Below, one piece after another: positions 47,120 to 52,306 of a stretch of 52,306 nt of DNA. Every line of letters starts with the position of its first letter. Position 1 is the first letter of the stretch. Under the pieces are notes generated by a model that was not told the DNA's origin, did no database searches, and was given only the letters and a program-made list of their open reading frames with translations. The position numbers and the translations under genes were made by a program. This DNA comes from Chiloscyllium plagiosum. Its lineage: Eukaryota. The stretch covers positions 15,882 to 68,187 of the forward strand of contig NW_025215170.1 of assembly GCF_004010195.1 (NCBI RefSeq). Direction: 5' to 3'.

Positions 47120-49040
47120 CTCAAGAGGAAGGGGGAAGATGACTTTAGGTTAAGTACACAAGGATCAGACAGGACTCTAGAGGGTTACAAGGTAGTCTGG
47201 AAGGAAATGAAAAATAATCTCAGGAGAGTGAGAAGCGGGCATGAAAAAGACTTGGTGAATAGGATTAAGGTAAATCTTAAGACGTTGTACACTTATGTGA
47301 GGAACAAGATGATGGCCTGAGTGAGGGTATGGCTCATCAGGATAGTGGAGGGAACTTCCGCCAGGAGTCGGAGGAGGTAGGGGAGGTAATTAATGAATGC
47401 CTTGCTTCAATCGTCAGTACTGAGAGGGACCTTCATGTTTTGGGGTACAGCGTGAAACAGTCTGATATGCTAGAACAGGAGGATGTGCTGAAAATTATGA
47501 GAAATAGAAGGATAGATTAATCTTCTTGGCCAGATGGGATATATCCTAGTATACCATAGGAAGCGAGAGAAGAGGTTGCTGTGCGTTTTGCGATGATCGT
47601 TGTGTCCTCACAGTCCACTGGATTTGTGCCAGATGATAAAAGGTTGGCAAATGTTATTCGCTAGTTCAGGAAAGCGAAAAGGGATAATCCTGGGAATTGG
47701 AGGCCAATCAGTCTTACGCCAATGATGGGAAAAGTATTGGAGAGGATGTGAGAGACACGATTTATAATTACTTGGAAAAGCATAGTTTGATTAGAGGCAT
47801 TCAGCATGCCTTTGTGAGGAGCAGGTCATGTCTTATAAGTCTTAGTGAATTGTTTTGAGGATGTGAAAAAACTCATTGATGAAGGTAGAGCAGTGGATGT
47901 GGTGTATTTGGATTTTTGCAAGTCATTTGATAAAGTTACCCATGGTAGGTTCATTCAGAAAGTAAGGAGGCGTGGGATACAGGGAAATCTGGCTGTCTGG
48001 ATACAGAATTGGCCGGCCCATAAAAGACAGAGGGTAGTTGGAGATAGAAAGAATTCAGCCTGAAGCTCGGTGACCAGGGGTGTTCTGCAGGGATCGGTTC
48101 TGGGAACTCTGCTCTTTGTGATTTTTATAAGAGAGTTGACTGGGGATTTGGGACGGTGGGTTAATAGGTTTGCCAATGACACGGACGTTGGTGGAGTTGT
48201 GGATAGTGTGGAAGGTATGTTGCAACGAGACATTGACAGAACTGAGCTGATGAGTGGCAGATCGAGTTAAATCTGAAAAAGTGTGAAGTCATTAACTTTG
48301 GAAGATAGAATTTGCATGCAGAGAACAGGGTTAAAGGCAGGATTCTTGGCTGTGTTAAGGAACAGAGGGATCTTGGTTTGCATGTCCACAGATCCACAAA
48401 GTTGCCAAGCAGGTTGCTGTGAAAGTGAGGTGCAAATGTGTTGCTGGAAAAACGCAGCAGGTCAGGCAGCATCCAGGGAACAGGAGAATCGACGTTTCCG
48501 GAACAAGCCCTTCTTCAGGAATGAGGAAAGTTTGTCCAGCAGGCTAAGATAAAAGGTAGGGAGGAGNNNNNNNNNNNNNNNNNNNNNNNNNNNNNNNNNN
48601 NNNNNNNNNNNNNNNNNNNNNNNNNNNNNNNNNNNNNNNNNNNNNNNNNNNNNNNNNNNNNNNNNNNNNNNNNNNNNNNNNGTGGGTTAATAAGTTTGCC
48701 AATGACACGGACGTTGGTGGAGTTGTGGATAGTGTGGAAGGTTGTTGTATGTTGCAACGAGACATTGACAGAACTGAGCTGATGAGTGGCAGATCGAGTT
48801 AAATCTGAAAAAGTGTGAAGTCATTCACTTTGGAAGATAAAATTTGCATGCAGAGAACAGGGTTAAAGGCAGGATTCTTGGCAGTGTTAAGGAACAGAGG
48901 GATCTTGGTTTGCATGTCCACAGATCCACAAAGTTGCCACCCAGGTTGATGTGGTTGTTGAGAAGGAGCAAGGTGCGTTGGCTTTCACAAGTCGGGAAAC
49001 TGGGTTTCAGAGCTGTGAGGTTATGCTGCAGCTCTATGAA
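47120..49040 (+). mobile_element. CR1 LINE ORF2 fragment, decayed; interrupted by a Penelope-type insert and N-gap
   Basis: GHEKDLVNRIKVNLKTLYTYVRNK, VYLDFCKSFDKVTHGR, VLQGSVLGTLLFVIFI and RFANDT motifs. Confidence 0.9.
48422..48566 (-). mobile_element. Penelope-type terminus running into N-gap (48567-48681)
   Basis: aaatgtgttgctggaaaaacgcagcaggtcaggcagcatcc..gaatcgacgtttc..ttcttcaggaat is the same family as 40137-40347. Confidence 0.75.
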
Positions 49041-49044
49041 GTTG

Positions 49045-49774
49045 AGTGCTGTTCTGCATTGAGAGCTTGCAAGCACGTAACCTATGACCAGCGAGCAGTT
49101 TCAGAGGGTACTGGAAAGTTGAAAATATGTAACATTTGGCTGTGAAACAGACACCTTGAGTTTTGGTTGTTCTTTTGGCAACTTTTCATATTTAATGAAC
49201 CTTTTTAAATTATGCTTCAGGATAATAAACCCAACCGGTTTTGAATTTACAGTTTTGCCAACATTGAACCAAGGAGATGATTTGATTTTGAGGGGATAAA
49301 GAGGTAAGCATTATGAAAGTCAGACAGAGAGTAAACTGCCATCGACAGAGACTGCCATGTAAATCACTCTCTATTAGTTATGGGTTTTTTTTTTTGCATG
49401 AAACCTCCTTGCAGTAAAAGACGACCCAGTGAGATCTTCAGCTGAAAGAAGGAGGACATTGGAGATGACAGCCGCTTCCTGGTTTTGAAATTAAATTGAT
49501 ATAATTTTAATTTAGTTTTTTTAAAATAGGAACAGTATATTTTTATAGAGGTGGAGGCAGATAACAATCAGTCCAGAGAAAGGCAGATTAGAGCTGCGAA
49601 TAGTTAGTGTTCAATGTTCCCTTTTAGAGTTAAGGAATAAATTGATAGTATTTTTCTTTAAATCGTTAATTTTCGAGTTCTCTGTCACTCGAGCTTTAAC
49701 AGATCATAAGGTAAGGTGAGCTTTTCTGGGTGTTTGGTTGAATTCACAAACGGGTTCAATCCTGTGTCATAACA
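49045..49774 (+). mobile_element. Possible LTR remnant
   Basis: Abruptly replaces the CR1 sequence, has AATAAA near 49637 and ends in ..tgtcataaca (CA terminus); no matching partner or TSD seen. Confidence 0.3.
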
Positions 49775-49974
49775 GCACACTTGGAACATTGTGTTCAGTG
49801 CCGGTCGCTTTGTTATAGGAAAAATGTGGAAGCTATAGTGAGGGTAGAGAGGAATCCCAACGGATCAACAGAAATATAATTAGCACACACCCAAAAGTGA
49901 ATGAAATACTGAGGAAATCACCACGCGAAAAATAAATGCTGGCAGATTCTTCATGTCTGTATAAAGGTCAGTTT

Positions 49975-50150
49975 GTCAGTGTTTGTGGTGTGTCTGTACT
50001 GATGCCTGTATATCTGTGCACAGGTGCATCAGTGTATTGGTATTTGTCTCTGTGCTTCAGTATCTGTGTGACTGCACTAGACTCTACGTGTGCCTGTGTA
50101 TCTATATTCATATCTGTGTGTATCTGCGTGTCTCTGTGCGTATCCAAATG
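49975..50150. repeat. Degenerate GT-rich tract
   Basis: Visible (GT)/(GTCT)/(GTAT)-rich sequence. Confidence 0.7.
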
Positions 50151-50599
50151 CACAGTGGATCTGCCAGACTCTGTGTTGTTTAAAGTGATGCAATGTCCGC
50201 CTCTGCTGTCCTCCACACACTACTGCATTGATGGCAGTGGAGGGAAAAAACCTTAAGGGATTCAGTCTTGGAGGTGGGGAGAGGGCGGTAGATCATAGCA
50301 CCATCCAAACTGACAGCACCATCTGCACATGCACACACACACACAGTTGGGTTTAGGGAGGATCATAATTGTACTGAGGACACTCAGAGTGGCTAATGCT
50401 CCTGAGGAGTACTTTCTGGGCTTGATCTGCAATGTGGAAGTGATTTGTCTTTGAAGATTATTCGTTACACAGAGTGTACACCTTAAAGAGTATTTCCACT
50501 GCAACTACACCCAAGCAATTCTGACCAAACCATTTGTAAGGTGATGCGATGAATTTATTACACGTTAATATAATTTTAACGTGTTTGGAGAAAGGTTTT

Positions 50600-50850
50600 G
50601 GAAGATGTCAAAGGCAGTGGGTTTTTTATTACACAGAGAGTGCTGGGTACGTGGAATGTACTGCCAGCGGTGGTAGTAGAATCCTACAGGATTGAGAAAG
50701 AGTGATGTTCATACTGAACCATATAAGACCTTGAGGATAGTGTACCAGTTGCATAGCTGATGGCCATTTCCTATGGTTATGTGAGACTAGAACTAAGGAT
50801 TCAAATTTAAGAGACTGATGTACTCATTTTAAAACAGATACTTTGAAGAC
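50600..50850 (+). mobile_element. Short CR1 3' fragments
   Basis: acacagagagtgctgggtacgtggaatgtactgccagcggtggtagtag and gaaccatataagaccttgagg are CR1 C-terminal sequences. Confidence 0.55.
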
Positions 50851-51369
50851 ATGAATTTATTGGACAAAAAATACGAGGACACGTACAAACGTATCTTCAA
50901 ATTATACTTTATGAATTGCTGCTACAGGGAGCAGGTTACAGGGATGGAGTCATACAATCCAGAGAATGTTCAAGGAGGCTTCACATGATCCAATATGGTG
51001 GTCAGATAACATTATTACATATTTCAGCTAAAAGATCTAGAGAATGTCACCTGCTTGAGAAGCCACAGCTTTTTGCTCCCTCTCTTTCCTTCTTCCTTCT
51101 CACAGCAACGTATGAGAAGTGAAAACCTATCAGTTATCTTTACCATTCTTGACGAATTCCTGTTGAGGATACATTGGAAACTCCACATTGCCTGAAGCAA
51201 AGGGAATTCAGCCCACTCCAAATGTCACAGGAAGGAATCCGATTGTCAACAACTTGTGTGAGCAGAATAACCTCAGAGGCAGAATACCATTTATTTTGTT
51301 TTTCCTTTTTGTCTTGAATGTAGCTATTTCTTGTAAAGCTTTTTCGAGCTGGTATTCTGCAGAGTTTTT

Positions 51370-52306
51370 TTCTGTCTGTCTTCAGGCATGTGTATGGGTG
51401 TGTCTGTGTGCACCTGTGAATCTGTCTGTGTGTATGCAAAAAGTGTGTTGGTGTATGCATTTAAAGATAAACATTAATGTACATATCTGCGCAAACTGCT
51501 TATCATGTACCTTTCCATCTTACTTTGAGTATCTTTGATTTGGTGAATTACTTTTGCAAATGTGAGATATCGAACTGACTTGTCCCTCACAAAGAACGTG
51601 GCCTAGTCTGAGACCGATATCATTGGCCATAACAACAACCTGGTCACATTTAAAATTTATAATGACCAGTGGAGGAGCGGCACTAGAAAATAAAACAATG
51701 ACCCCTCTAACCGCAGTCTGAGCATGGATGAGGAGAAATTCACAAAGGGCTGTTTGAGTGGAAATGCTCTTCCCCGGAGGTTTGTGATGCCTGTGTGTTT
51801 GCGTTTAGTTGGCTGTTAGTTAGATATTGGACAATAAAGGACAATGAACTACAGATAGGAAATTGGGGCTGAGACCACAAACTGATCAGCTACAATCTTA
51901 CTGTCTGCTGGAGAAGGCTCAAAGTGTCTGATTACCCAATCCTGCTCCTCAGTACAACGTCCCTATGTTCCATTCAACTCCTTAAACCTGCCAGACAAGA
52001 GCATTTGGAGGTAATTTACTTCGATACACAGAAACAGAGCAGACCATTCAGGGCCTGAATACACGAGAGTGCAGTGCTGGAAAAGCACAGCAGGTCAGAC
52101 AGCATTCAAGGAGCAGGAGAATCGACGTTTTGGGCATAGACTGTTCATCAGGATTCCTGACAAAGGACTTATTCCCGTAATGTAGATTTTCTTGCTCCTC
52201 GGATGCTGCCTCGCCTGCTGTGCTTTTCCAGCATTACACTATCGACTCTGATCTCCAGCATCTGCATTCCTCGCTTTTTCTTAGCGCCTGAAGACTGTCA
52301 CACACA
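51370..52306 (+). repeat. Third copy of the duplicated block (2560-4720 / 32760-34170), lacking the CR1 insert
   Basis: Anchors aatgtacatat, atatcattggccata, gaccagtggagg..ctagaaaa, ggctgagaccacaaactgatcagc, aaacctgcca.aca.gagca. Confidence 0.85.
52060..52285. mobile_element. Palindromic Penelope-terminus-derived insert
   Basis: Inverted arms (tgctggaaaagcacagcagg / cctgctgtgcttttccagca); flanked by GCCTGAA direct repeats (52053-52059, 52286-52292); absent from paralogous copies. Confidence 0.8.

Overview
Eukaryotic, gene-poor, repeat-dominated vertebrate DNA. The repeat set points to a cartilaginous fish (shark): tRNA-derived HE1-type SINEs, HER1/CR1 LINEs with (TTCTATG)n-type tails, Penelope-like elements and an L1-clade LINE. 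The only convincing host coding sequences are two paralogous minus-strand first coding exons (10335-10551 and 31029-31203). Each encodes a tandem-repeat N-terminus plus the start of TM1 (YYPILAIxGVP) of a GPR139/GPR142-like class A GPCR, ends at a phase-1 GT donor, and shares a conserved upstream block. I could not find the large 7TM exon anywhere in the window, including the 20 kb between the two exons. They may be alternative first exons spliced to a shared exon left of the window, or orphans of partial duplication. The rest is decayed and nested retroelements, a Harbinger-like Myb remnant, Penelope termini carrying minimal hammerhead-ribozyme motifs, several local segmental duplications, a locus-specific module in about six copies, and three tandem-repeat families (~42, ~62 and 65 bp). 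There are two N-gaps. Boundaries of decayed repeats are approximate and were read by eye.
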